A DNA stretch of 64,000 nt from contig CP158635.1 of assembly GCA_050273025.1 (NCBI GenBank), positions 2,666,001 to 2,730,000 on the forward strand, written 5' to 3'. Made by a program: the position numbers and the translations under genes. Under the pieces are notes generated by a model. It was given only the letters and a program-made list of their open reading frames with translations. It was not told the origin of the DNA and made no database searches. This stretch comes from Cenococcum geophilum (taxonomy: Eukaryota). Positions 24,001 to 37,700 of this stretch are shown piece after piece; the stretch's first letter is position 1; every line of letters begins with the position of its first letter.

Positions 24001-27000
24001 AAGGATTTATATAGCGGAGCTAGTAGAACTAGTTAAATAAGATAAGCACCGATAGCTACTTAAAGAGCTGCCTATAGGCCTAATAGAAGTACCGAACCTA
24101 TTAAAAAGGTCTTTCCGCCGGCTAGTGGAAGGCGACTATACAATAAAGGAAGCCCGTAAAGTGCTCCCCCCCTCTATTTTTATAACTTCCTTAAGATAAA
24201 TCTAAAAACTAAACCCAAGCTTTTACGTCGGAAGATAGTCGATACTAATGTTAAAAAATTCTTAAAAGGCAAACTAGGATTAACCCGCGAAGACATTTTA
24301 TAACGCCTATTAAGGGAGTTTTGTAAATATATTAAGCACTTCCTCCCTAAGAACGTAGATAAGCTACCCCCTTACCAACCATGGGACCATAAAATTAAGA
24401 TTATCCCTAGAAACTAGGCCCCGTACTATAAAAATAGACCACTCTTACCTACTAAACTTAGGTGTATAAAGAAGTAGATTAATAAGATGCTAGATAGGGG
24501 TTTTATTTACAAATTAACCTCACTAGCTACCGCACTACTTCTCCTCGCTGCTAAGCCCGGTGGTAGTGTATAAATTTACTATAACTATTAAGGCTTAAAT
24601 ATAGTTACTATTAAGAATTAGTACCTACTACCACTAATCCATAAAACACTTAACGCACTTTATAGTGCTAAGTACTTTACTAAACTTAATATAATTACTA
24701 CGTTTAACCAGATCCGGATTGCAAAGGGCTATAAGTAATTTATAGCATTTATTACCCGGTTCAGACTCTATAAGATACTAGTTACACTATTCGGCCTCTA
24801 TAATATACCCGCTACGTTCTAAAACTATATTAACTATGTTCTATATAACGCCCTTAATAACTACTACACTGCCTACCTTAACGACGTCTTTATCTTTTCT
24901 AAGACACGCGCTAAGCATACTAAGTATATAAACGAAGTTATCTAAAGACTTAGTAATGCTAGACTTTAGATTAATATTAATAAGTCTAAGTTCTACTCTA
25001 CTAAAATAAAATACCTTAGCTTAATTATCTTAACTAATGGCATAACTATGGACCCTAAGAAGGTACAGGCCTTACAGAAATAGAAGGACCTGATATTAAT
25101 TAAAGAACTATAATAATTTCTTGGCTTCGCGAACTTCTACTAACAATTTATCTAAGGCTACTCTACTATCGCTATACCTATAATAAAACTCCTAAAGAAG
25201 GATATTAGATGGCTATAGGGATTAAAATAAACTAAATCTTTTAAGGCCCTTAAGGGAGCCTTTACTTTAGCACCAGTACTAGCATACTATAACTATATAA
25301 AGAAAACAGTGGTAGAGATAGACGTATTAAATTAGGCTTCCGGTAGAGTCCTTTCCTAGTATAATAATAATGGAAAATTAAAACCGGTCGCATTCTTCTC
25401 CGTAAAACACTCTATGCTAAAGTATAACTATAAGATCTATAATAAAGAACTCTTAGCTATTATTAAGGCTTTAGAGGAATAGCGTCCTAAGCTATAAGGG
25501 ACTAAGGAGCCGTTTAAAATTATTACCGACCATAAAAACCTATAGACGTTTATAACTACTAAGCAGCTAAATTAACGCTAAGTCTAGTAGGCAGAGTTTC
25601 TTTTATAGTTTAACTTTATAATTATATATAGACCTAGTAGTAAAGCTACGCTTCCTAACACCCTAAGCTAGCTACTAGGAATAAGGCCTAAGGATATTAA
25701 TAATAAACGCCTCCGCTACCAAGCCTAAGTTATTATACCGCCCTAGAAAGTTAACCCTATAATCTTAGAAGAATTACTACACAAGTCCCGTAACTTTAAC
25801 GACGCGGAGTTTATAGCCGCTCTAGACCCTAAAATAGCCGAAAAGTCACTAAATAAGTTAATCTGGCTAGGATACTAGGAAAATAAACTCGCAAGAGATA
25901 TAGTGGCGGCCCTATATAATTAGAAAGCTCGCCGTTAGCTAAAAAAGATTAGGAAATTACTCTATTATAATAAGTTAGAATGCAGTATTATTAACGGACA
26001 GATCTACTTCCGCTAATATCTCTTTATCCCTAACGCCTTAGACCTCTACCTAAAAGTTACCTATTACTCTTATAGTAGCGGCCCCGCTAGTTACCCTAGC
26101 TGGGTTAAAACTCTTAACCTCCTAAACCGAATATACTAGTAGCTAGAAATCTCCTAGTTTACGGCTACCTTCGTTAAAGACTATACCCTATACTTTTGCA
26201 CTAAAACCCCCTATTCTGCCCCGCCCGGTTTCCTAAAGCTACTAGAATTACCTACCTACCCATAAACCGATATCTCGATTAACTATATTATAACGCTACC
26301 AGTATACTAACGCCACGGTAAGGTATATAAATATATCCTTATTATTATAGACCGCCTAACTAAAATATAATACCTTGTTTTAGTAATAGGACTCTTAATA
26401 AAGGAGCTAGTTAATAGCTTTATTAACAACGTATATATGCTCCACGGTGCACTAAGCACGATTATCTCTAATTACGGCATATAATTTATTAGCGACTTTT
26501 AGCGACAACTAAGTAAACGCCTTAAGACAACCTTATAACTAAGCTTAGCCTAGTACCCAAAAACAGACAGCCAAACCGAAATTATTAACGCTGCCGTAAA
26601 TAAATACCTCTGTGCTTTTGTTAGTTTTATATAGGATAACTAGGTTAACTACCTACTACTCACTAAGTTTACTATAAATAACCAAGTTAACAAGAGTATA
26701 GGCATCTCCCCGTTTTTTACAAACTATAGCTTTAACCCTCGCCTTAGAATTAAGCCTACTAGCCCCTACCTACTAATACTATCAGCATAAGCAAAGAAGG
26801 AGTTCTTCTACGTAGACTCTATGGCTAACCGCTTTAAGCGGATATTAACACAGCTTAAGGCCCTAGCCCAGATTTTATAGTAACGCTATAAAGATAATAC
26901 TAATACCCGTAGGGATAAGAGCGTGTTATTCTACGAAGGCGATATAGTTATAGTTAGCTTAGAAAATATAAAGATAAATAGACCTAAGAAGAAATAGGAC

Positions 27001-27945
27001 AATAAATAGGACGGCCCGTACCCCGTACTCGCAGTATACTAAAGGGTAGTTATAGTAGACCTCCTGGACCATATCTAAGTAAATAAATCCTTTTATACAT
27101 CTAAGGTCCGCCTCTAGGCTGCTAAAAAGATCCTTAGCTAAGTAAATATTAATACTATAGAGCGCTATAATATACAAGGATAAGTAACAGAGAGAGATAA
27201 TAATAGCAACATAGAAGACAAATAGGAGTTTAAGAAAATCCTTAATATATACAATGAAGACCCCTAAGGCCTAACTTATAAGATTAAATAGAAATATTAT
27301 AAGGACATAACCTAGTAGCTAAAGGAAGACCTAAAGGGTTATAAATAAGCTATACAGCGCTTTTATAAGCAATACCTTAAGAAGCTAGGACCCCTAGACT
27401 GGGCATAAGATAAGGAAAGGTCACGCTAAGGTCGCAGCTAACCACCGTATTAAAATTTGTGGTGGTTAAGATGTTATAAAACTTTAACCGGCGGTTAAAG
27501 TTATCTAATTAGCCAAATTCCTACTAAGAAACGCCACGTAGATCGATTCGGGTGGCGGTATGGAGTTTTACTAACCTTACTTATTAAACTAACTAATCAG
27601 GATTTTCTATGCCTAGTATAGAAAATCGCCATTAGCTTAGCTAAGGGCGGTAAGCAGAACTAATATCTTTACGGTAAAAAATAGGCAACCCCATACACTG
27701 CCTATTTTTAAGTTATTTATTTAGTTTAGGGACTAAACCATTTAGGGGAGAGAAGTACTGTTACGGCACTAACCTAACGTATACTGTTTTATACTATCTC
27801 GTACTATTTCCTACTGTTAGCTAGCCTACCACTAGTGACTTAGCGGCCGGCCCTACTATTTATATACAATACCCCCTTTCTACCTTCTTTCCCTCTTTAT
27901 ACCACAACGTAGTTATTTAGTCTACTTTATTGCAGCACTATAACA
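21028..27945 (+). mobile_element. Complete Ty3/Gypsy LTR retrotransposon C (6918 bp) nested in X1
   Basis: 187-bp LTRs at 21028-21214 and 27759-27945, TSD TAGAT (21023-21027 / 27946-27950). LVDSSS protease-like site (~23078), YLNDVFIF RT (~24874), IYNKELL RH (~25435), integrase and chromodomain. PPT GGGGAGAGAAG. Confidence 0.95.
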
Positions 27946-28985
27946 TAGATCTAGATCTTAGCCTCTTTAAATATTAAGCAGAACTAGATTATAACCTTAC
28001 TACACCTAATAATAATACACGAAATAAAATATTATCCCCGCTATTATTAGTGGCGGCCTACTCCAATTCCTCTTAAAGTTATTAACATTTTTATTTTAAA
28101 CGTGTTAGGAACTAGTTTAGAAAAGGTTTATAATAAATATATACTCTCTCTGCCTATATAGTTTGCATATTAGGCCGATATTAATGTGTTTCTTTATATA
28201 TATTATATTCCGAACTAGCTTCTAGTAAAATACTAATTAACGTCCTGTTAATCTAGTTTTTATACGCTAAATATAATATAAGTATATTATAAATAGGTTA
28301 GGAATATATTAATACCTTATAATAATAGGAAGAAGAAACTGCCGTATACTAAATATATACGATTTATTTGCTATTTATTTTACTACATTTATATAGCGTC
28401 TTAATCTATTAAATAGCTTATAATTAATTAACGTATTTAACCACTCCCCGGGCTACACCAGTCCTCAGGCCACTCCAAAAACCACCAAAAATCGAGAAAA
28501 TCGCATTTTGATATCTTGACAACGGCTTTATAATAAATTCTAAAATTCCGTAGCTAGCCTTTTATGCCTATTCTAAGACTTTTATTAAAGTTCTAGAATA
28601 ATAAGCCCAGCCGTTATTAAGATATTAAGTTTTGGCCCCCAATTTTGAGCTAAATTGCTATTCCTCTAGAACTACTAAATGAATTACTTCTAAAGTCAGA
28701 GTAGAGTCTTAGAATAGGCATAAAAGGTTAGCTATAGAATTTTAGAATTTATTATAAAGCCGTTATCAAGATATTAAAATGCGATTTTCTCAATTTTTGG
28801 TGGTTTTTAGAGTGGCCCAAGGAGTGCGTACAGGTCGGTCGGACCACGCTAAAATGTCGGCCCGATAGGCGAAACCTCCGCCTACCACACCAAATTTAAC
28901 TTTCCCTGTCAAACTTTAACCTCACCTTCCACCTTACCTTCCATCACTAATTTATCAAATCCATTCAAAACCAATTTAAAATATA

Positions 28986-30123
28986 ATATCTAGCACATTA
29001 AAGAGCTATATAAGCTATCTGCAACCCATTCTAAACGTATTCTAACAGTTTAGGCCGCCTATAAAGCCTACCTAAAAATAGAAAGGCTTTCTAAGGGCGT
29101 CAATGCTTTCGTTATAGTAAGTAGTTCTAAACATATTTAGAACACGTTACTAACGTAATACTAGCGTAGTGACGAGGTGGATTTAACTATAGAGGAGGTT
29201 TTCTATCGGTATAATGTCTCGCCTAATCTAGAGAATCCGGTACTATATAGTGTAAGTAAATAAATATATTAGGTTTGTAATATATTGCTAATATATTTAT
29301 AACGCGTTTAGAAGAAGGTTGGAGATCGCGGCGCCCTTAGAAACTATATAAAGAAGTATAGCCTTGGAACCAGGAACATTAGAAAAGGAGGGGCTCCTTC
29401 TATTAAGAAGTAGGAAGAAGTAATAGGTATATATTCTAAACGTGTTCTTAACCTATTTATAACTAGTTACTAACCTATTACAGCCTTCTATTCCGCCATT
29501 ATAGCTATACATAATTAGAACGTATTAGGAACTACTTCTAAATATAATCCTATTAGTCTAGGCCGCTCTACTGCTACCTAACCCCCCTATACCCCCACCC
29601 TAGCTCCCCCTAGCCGCCCTTCTAGGACTACTGCCCCATAATTAACGGCTCCCATTTAAAAGAAGGTTATGCCCATCAGATTTAAGAGTAGGCCTTAAAA
29701 AGGCGATATAAGATATTCCTAATGTATTTATAACATGTTCTAATTAAGTTCCTAGTATAACTTTTTAAGAATAGTTACTCTGCTTAAGGAATTGGGTGCT
29801 AAGGTTCCATATACTAAGTATTCAGACACAACTTCTACAGGTAAGTTAATTTAGAACCCGTTTTAAACCGGTTAAGAATATATTCTAAATTTATTATAGC
29901 CTACTTATTTAAGGGTTGTCTTAATTAGAGCTACTTTATTAATAATGGGTTGGATAATACTAAGGCTCCTACTACTTCGGCTCCTACTACTCTAGCTCCT
30001 ACTAAGACTTCTAAAAAGCGTTTAAAGAAGTCTAGTTTAAAAGGTTTAAAGGCTATAAAGAGAAATACTACTAAACCTGCTAGACTTACGGAGGAGGATA
30101 TTGCGGCGGATCTATTTTAATAA
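28986..30123 (+). pseudogene. Accessory multi-intron gene of MULE X2 (putative C2H2-type zinc-finger protein)
   Basis: Homologous, exon for exon, to 18730-19849. Start codon mutated ATG>ATA. Confidence 0.55.
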
Positions 30124-30705
30124 ATAACCTAGAATCTAATTTATAATGTGTTTATAACACGTTACAAATTAAATCTTATAGATAGAGTTTAGACTTAAAT
30201 TTTAATAGGGTTCTATACCACTTCGGAACATATTTATAACATATTAGGTAGCGAAAATAAAAGTCATTAGTTAAATTATAATATTTATTGAAATTTACTA
30301 ACTTTAGCTCTTTCTAATAACTCCCTTTATATACTTTATAATTCTAATAATTTAATTATAAACTAATTATTATTTAAATTTTAATAAAATAAGAGTTTTA
30401 ATTTTTAAAAATAGTATAAATATATAGTAAAAAAAGCCTATTAAATTAAATTATTTTATAATAAATATAATTTTAAATAAAAATTATATATTTAATAAAA
30501 ATTTAAAGTATATTTACTTTAAGCTATTATAATAGTATTTTTTTTTAAGTATTTATTTAAATATAAAAAATTATTAAACCTTTAAATAATATATATATAT
30601 ATAAATAAAATATAAAATTAGTTAATATAAAACTTATTTTATTTAATATATTTTTAATTAAGTATTAGCTAATAGTTTTTATAAGTAACTATATTTATAT
30701 ATATA

Positions 30706-30852
30706 GTAGTAGTTCTTTAATTAACGTCTAATACGGATCCTATCTAGGCCCACGCAGACTACTCCGTCATAGGGGGAAAACTTATATATTTACAGGAAGA
30801 AAACCCTGCAGTTTAGGGGAGGAAAAACCCTATAAGCTACCTTAGTCGGATA
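30706..30852 (-). mobile_element. Short non-LTR (LINE/SINE-type) 3' fragment inserted in X2
   Basis: Absent from X1 (~20330-20345). Flanked by a 15-bp direct repeat ATATTTATATATATA (30691-30705 / 30853-30867). Minus strand ends in an (ACT)n-like tail. Confidence 0.55.
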
Positions 30853-31288
30853 ATATTTATATATATAGATAAGGCTTAAATATATAGATAGTAAGTAGTA
30901 AAATAATACATTTTTTTTAAATAGAATAAAGATAAATGTTTAGATTTCTTATAGCCTTTTCTCCTATTTTTTACTATTTAATAGTTATTAGTACCTTAGT
31001 ATTTTATTAAGTAACTATAAACCCCTAATTAAAAGATTTATAAATTATTAAAATATAATTACTAATATATATTAAGCTGCTTAAAAAGGATTTATATATA
31101 TAGAACTATAGTGCTATAGTCTAGAGACTGTATATATAGTATTATATATAGTATTAGACGTTATATAATAAAACAATCATTAAAAAAGGCCTAAATATAA
31201 GTATATCTTAATAGGAACTTAATAAAAACATATTTAGAACATATTTAGAACGTATTTAGAACGTATTTTATATTTAGTATACTTATTA

Positions 31289-34200
31289 TTACATACAAGC
31301 CTTTATTGCCTCTAATTAAATTCTTTTTTCTATATTCTCTAGCTCCCTTACCTCTAATTTAATCTCTATTTTACGAAGTTTAAGTCTCTAACATCTTTCT
31401 TAAATATCCTAGTTATTGCTTAAGGCCTAACGCTTTAGTAACTACGAGAGACCGGTACTAATACGTCTAGAACATATTAGTAACCAGTTACGTATACATT
31501 AGAATATAAAGGCGGCCTTATAATTCCTTAGATGCTATAGAGGATAACCTAAAACGCGATACAGATCTAGATCTTAGCCCCCTTAAACGCCGAGCAGAAT
31601 TAGATCGTAACCTTACTACACCTAATAATAATACCTAAAATAAAATATTATCCTCATTATTATTAGCAGCGGCCTACTCTAATTCTTCTTAAAGTTGTTA
31701 ACGTTTTCGTTCTAAACATATTAGGAACCGGTTTAGAAGAGGATCGCAATAAATATATACTCTCTCTGCCCATATAGTTTGCATATTAGGCCAACATTAA
31801 TGTGTTTCTTTATATATATTATATTCCAAACTAGTTCCTAGCAAAATACTAATTAACGTCCCGTTAATCTAGTTTTTATACACTAAATATAATATAAGCA
31901 CATTATAAACGGGTTAGGAACGTATTAATACCTTATAACGGTAGGAAGAAGAAACTACCGTATACCAAATGCATATAATTTATTTACTATTTGTTCTACT
32001 GCATTTATATAGTATCTTAATCTATTAAATAGCTCGTAATTAATCAGAGAGCAGTGCTTATTTAAGCCTAAGGTAATAACTAGGTATCTCTTATATCTCG
32101 CCCAGTTGGCAACTAATCGAAATTTATATACTATACTATTAATACCTTCTAAACGAATTATAAACGGGTTCAGAACAACTTACCAATTAGTAAATCACAG
32201 AGTTCTTTATATTCTGACTGGCTCTTACATATAAGAAGAGCTTTCATCCGTTTATATATAGAGTAGGCCGTTTTATAGTTACCCGCGGCTCTTAAGATGC
32301 TTCGTAGGAAGTGTACTTAGTAGAAAACTAGTGTTTTCCTAAGATGCCACGTCCAATTGCGCCTATGAGGATTAATATACTATAGATACCGCCTAAACCC
32401 TTTTATAAAACGTTAGGAAGGCGTTTTAATTACGTTCTAGGTATCCTACCAGCCATTTACTTACTATCTATATCGGATATAACAGCTTTAAAGCCTTCCT
32501 CACTACCATAAATATGTTTCCAACAAATCTACTTCTAAAGACATTTAGAAAGCAATTAAAAAACTCGCTTAAAGCATAACTAGTAAGTACGCCTTATTTC
32601 CGTGTTAGTAATAACGTGTATAAGCATAAATACTATTAGAATATATTAGCATCGCATTCTAAACGGGTTTATATTATATTCTAATACTTTTACTATGCTC
32701 TTTAAGCCAAACAGCGAATATAATCTCATTCATATTTCTTTTAATAATACGTTTAAAAGACATATTAACTTCAAATATATTTTGGGATAGGAAGATCTTA
32801 GCTTACTCTTATAGAAAGCAGATTATTATAAACCCGTTTTAATCATTGTAGATCTGTTAGATATAAGCCTATAACATATTAGCAAGCCAATTAGAACGTA
32901 TTCGTAATGTATTTATTACCATTTTAGGATTTCAATGCTTTTAATCAAACTCATATACTACCCCTACTAGTCCTTTTCCTTCTAGGTATAGAGTAAGCTT
33001 CTCTTTTTAAATTATTCTAGTAATACAATCCATAGTAGCAAAGCTTATGTAAATCTATACTAAAGAAGCCTTTCTATACTACATACAAAACTATTTAAGG
33101 GCAGGACTTCGAAGAAACTTTCTTATAAAAACGTTAGGTATTTGTTCGCAATCGGTTTAGAATATATTTACTAAGAGTAAGATCTGGATTATGCATTTAA
33201 TGAACCAATTTAATCACCTCATTTAATATCTCTAGAGGCGGCTTATTTAGGGGGGGTGGTGTATAACTATATACCCTATACGAGGTAAAATAAATATAAG
33301 GAGTCTCTTCTAAGTCGTCTAAAACAAAAACGTAAAAAGTAACCTCGCAGTCCTAATAGATAAGTTTCCCTAGTCCCTAGGGGTAGTCAATTCCTATAAA
33401 TACGTTACGAATATGTTACAAATGTAACCGGAATACGTTCTAAGTAAGTTATATTTTTTTCTTACCGCACTCTACCCTTCTACACAGATTTAATTTAATA
33501 ACTCCGCATTTCTCCATTACATCAGCACCTATATTGCCTAGTTAAATAAGAGATATTAAATACGCAGTATTATATTTCTTATTTACTAGTAATACTTTTC
33601 AGAAGTACTCTAAATGTATTTCTATAGTAGCCTATATATAGGTAAGAAATAAGTGCCGAACGTTAGCAATATCCTAATATAATTAGTTCTAAACGTAATC
33701 TGGTTAAATTCTAAACATATTTAGGTAAGATAATTATATATAGAGTATCTTTGTTGCTTAATTGTTAGTATACAAGCCTCTATTTAAGAGCTGCATATAT
33801 TTCTAGCTTAAAATCATCTTTAAGCTGCTAAAAACAAGCTTATATATATTAACTTAAGTACTAAATATATTTAAAACCAGTTCCGTACCTATTCGCATTA
33901 CATTTACAAATATCTAAATCGCTTCTATCCAGGGCCACCCGCTCTCTCTATATTAGACCCCATGTCTCTTTAGTAACTATAGTGTGGCTTAAAGATCGTA
34001 ACCAATTCTAAAGATATTCGCAATATTTTACTCCTAAATAACGCATTTTATATTTTTTACCTCTTATATTTAAGAGAGCGGACGTTATAGGCTTAGGAGC
34101 ATGCACTTATCTAGTTCTATATTAGATCTAAACGCGTTATAAACTAGTTATAAATATAGTTAGGGCATAATTTAGATTTTTATTAACTTACCTATATGGC

Positions 34201-34609
34201 TTTTTGTGCATCTATGCCTCTTAAGTTAATACGGTAAGTATAACCTTTATGCAGCGTCTATAGGTACTCTAGAAGACTTAAACAATCCTTAATTACAAGT
34301 ATAGTAAGAGGATTAGTAGATGCCTTGGTAAGAAATATAATATAAGGAACTTCGGGCTAAATACGTTTAGAACTAGATTAGAACGCGTTTAGAACATATT
34401 AAAAACTTACCTCAATCTAATCTTGCGGCTGTATTTAACTCTCTTCTAGTATATAATCTTCTAACCTAAGGACACTGTCTTCTAAATTAATTTCAAACTC
34501 ATTTTTATTATCACTAGAGAAATCCAGTGGCTGGTAATCATTAGATAGATCTATTTAAATTAGAATATATTCCAAACACGTTACAAACACGTTATAACTA
34601 GTTACCCAT
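31289..34609 (-). pseudogene. Intron-rich MULE-type DDE transposase of X2 (RIP-degraded)
   Basis: ATG at 34609 followed by a phase-1 intron. Reverted motifs: C.V.F..F..DDLEETPY..F.S..VH.H.PPPP.KP (~33230-33350), FEVDMSFKR...NEIIFA (~32710-32775), AVISDMDSKQMAG (~32450-32490), LVFCQVHF (CxxH, ~32310-32335). Confidence 0.75.
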
Positions 34610-34799
34610 AATGGTTGGTTCTGTTTTGGAGCTAAGAGGTAAGTTATATGGTAAGATGAGCGATTTGCGCTCGGTTAACTACGTAATCTTATATTTTTAG
34701 CTAAGGCTGCCCCGTATAGGGATTGTGCATTAGCGCTTATGGTAGACCCACCCTTTAGCGTGGCCTAACCGACTTGTAACCACGCCTGAGGACTAGTAT

Positions 34800-37700
34800 T
34801 ATTACGGCACCGTAACGCGTAACCTGGACAGGGAGCCTAGTTAGGGGTTTAGCTAAGGACTTGGCGTTATAACGCGTATATATTACGCCTCTACCTCCTA
34901 TACATACCTCTCCTCTTCTCCTTAGCTTAGTATTTTCGTAATACAGCATTCTATAAGCTTTGGTTCAGAGGCATTTATATAAGCCATAATATTATACTAA
35001 GCTTACCCTACCCTACCTAGGAAGGCCTTAATAATATTCTACCCTAAAAGAAACTTCGTCTACAACGACGCGTTAACGCGCTATACTTAGACACTAAAAC
35101 AACTCTATATTACCTAAAAAGGCCTAGATAATATCCCACCTTATAAGCTAGACAGAACTAGACCTATACCCCCGGAATTAAAACCAAAGTGTATAATACC
35201 AACAAACCTTAGGAAGCTAACGATGGCGCCTAAAGTAAGCTTATTTAAGAGAGCTACCTCTACCTAAGAGGAACCTAAGATCCAATTAGGATTAGAAATT
35301 AAAGATAATAATAACATTGTAGATATACGCGAGTAGATTTATACCCTCGCAGCTAGCTAGGAAGCTAATTATCTTAAAGCGAGAAATATATAAGAGACCC
35401 TATAAGAGATCCTAGAAAGCCTTACAGCCCTATAAAATAGCCCGGCTTCCCCTTTTTAAAGCCCTAGCCGACCTATTTACTTTACTAAATATAATATACT
35501 AGGGAGTACGGATACAATAATAAAGCAATTAAAGTCCGTTAAGCTCCCTAACCCCCTACCACTATCTAATAGGATAGACCCTACCTTTAAGAATTAGAGG
35601 ATTTAAGTATAAGGAAAGCTCCGCGTTAACTATAACTATTTCCTTTCTAAAGAAGCCAAAATACTCTACCTCTTTAGTTAAACTACTAGGGACGCCTAAC
35701 AGCACCTCCAAGCTAAGTTTAAGGACGATTCCCCTGTCTAATTTACATCTATTAATAAGATAATACGGCACCTAGCAGCTATCTACGTTAACCTAAACAA
35801 AGTATAGGACGCCTGGTACGACTATAATCGCCTAATAATAAAACTAAACTAATCCTTTACTAAATTCTAGACTTAATTCCTATACCTTACGGAAGAAGGC
35901 TAGGTTCCCCTTAAGAACTACCGATTAGACCTATATAATAAGCTAATAATTCGGCTATAAGAGAAGATTGCTATAACCTTAGATAACCTACCGACTTATA
36001 ATAGACTCGCAGCCCGTTACCTATTATTAGACTTAAAACTAAAGCGGATTAAAGCCCGTCCTAATCGGCAGAAGCGACTCTATAGCAACTAAAACTTACC
36101 AACTATACCTATAGGAGCTAGAGTAGAAAAATAAGTTACAACTACTCTTACACTAAGAGCGGTTATAACTACGCACCGGCAAGCGACGCCCGACTAGCCA
36201 CGTATCACGCCATTAACTAGTGTTCACCGCAATACTCCGATTAACCCTGCCTTAGCTACGTACTATAACTGCGATAAGGAGGGCTACTTTGCCTTGTCTT
36301 GCCCGGAGCTAAAGGATATAGGCGATATTAAGGAGATAGAGGAAGGAGAGACGTCTAATAAGTTGGGAAAAGAAGAACCCTAGGGAAAAACTCCCCCCTA
36401 GGGTACCCTATTAATCTTAAAGAGATTAATCTAAGTCAGTTAATGGGTGGAAAATACTTTACGGTTCTATATACAGTATCTTAAAATGGATATAGTGTTA
36501 ACACAACCGCCCTTATTAACACTGGAGCAAATGGTTTTGCCTTTATAAATACTGCCTATATAAATAACGTTGCTAAGTTTCTAAATATAAAAGCCACTAG
36601 ACTAGAGAAGCCTGTCTAAGTAAAAGGATATAGCGGTTAGGCCGGTAAGCTGGTTATCTACGTCCTAAAGTTGCATATTGCTCTTAACAGACGACGCCAG
36701 TATAATATCCCCTTTTGCATCCTAGACCTAGGGTCCCATGATATAATCCTTAGCCGAAAATAGATATCCTATTTTAATATTTAGCTGAATATATAATGAA
36801 GACAATTTGTCTAGCCAGAGGATAGACCGAAATTACCTTCCTTTACTAGGGAAATCCAAACCAATCACAAGACACTAGCCGCGAGGGCTGACCCTACCTA
36901 TTAGCAGGATGTTAGGGACCGCGACCTAGCCTTTGCTTAAGAAGATGCCCGTCGCAAGGCCAGAAGGAACTCTTTTATACTAATAAAGATACTCCCCTGG
37001 AGCGCTACGGTTGATAAGGACTCTATATACGGCAGTAGGATAGATAGCGATATAGACGACGTCTAAATCACGTAGATCTAACTAACATGGAAGAGAACAT
37101 ACCAATAGGACATAAGAGATGACCTCTAAAAGATGCGATAGGAGCTAAAAGGAGCGATAACAACGCCTTTACCCTAGAAGCCCCTAAGGTCCCATACACC
37201 CCCATTATTACGCAACCCCCCTATAGTAGATATCGCGGCAATCAGCGCTATAGTATTCCACTTTAATATGTATAGGAGGGACAACGAGGTCTTTATAACT
37301 AGCTTATATAAAATTAACTAGATTATTAATAAGAGGGAAGAAAAGCCAGCTAAGGAAACTAATAAGGAACTAGTTAAACGCCTCTTCCTTACTACTTATA
37401 CGGGATACAAGAATGCATTCTTAAAAGTGGCTTTGGACAAGTTACCTCCTTACTAGACGTACAATTATAGGATTTAATTAGAAGCCAATAACTCGCTAGG
37501 ATATAGCCCTCTATACTAACAATTAATAGATAAGCTAAAAGCAACAAAGTAGTACTTAATTAAGAACCTTAATAAAGGGTTTATCGAGCCAAGCCAAGCC
37601 CCTTTTACTTCCCCTATCCTATTTATAAAAAAGCCTAATAGAGGCCTTTACTTCTATATCGACTACTAAAAGCTAAACGCTATTACTTAAAAAGATTAGT

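Larger units (their letters stand above)
28824..34783 (-). mobile_element. Mutator-like (MULE) DNA transposon copy X2 (5960 bp), near full length
   Basis: Ends GTGCGTACAGGTCGG... and ...CCGACTTGTAACCAC. 9-bp TSD GCCCAAGGA (28815-28823) / GCCTGAGGA (34784-34792), both derivable from GCCCGAGGA by transitions. Confidence 0.88.

Noticed and set aside
34755..34949. ORF MLYYENTKLRRRG..., repeated at 40618-40866
   Set aside because: Antisense reading of the two LTRs of Gypsy D.
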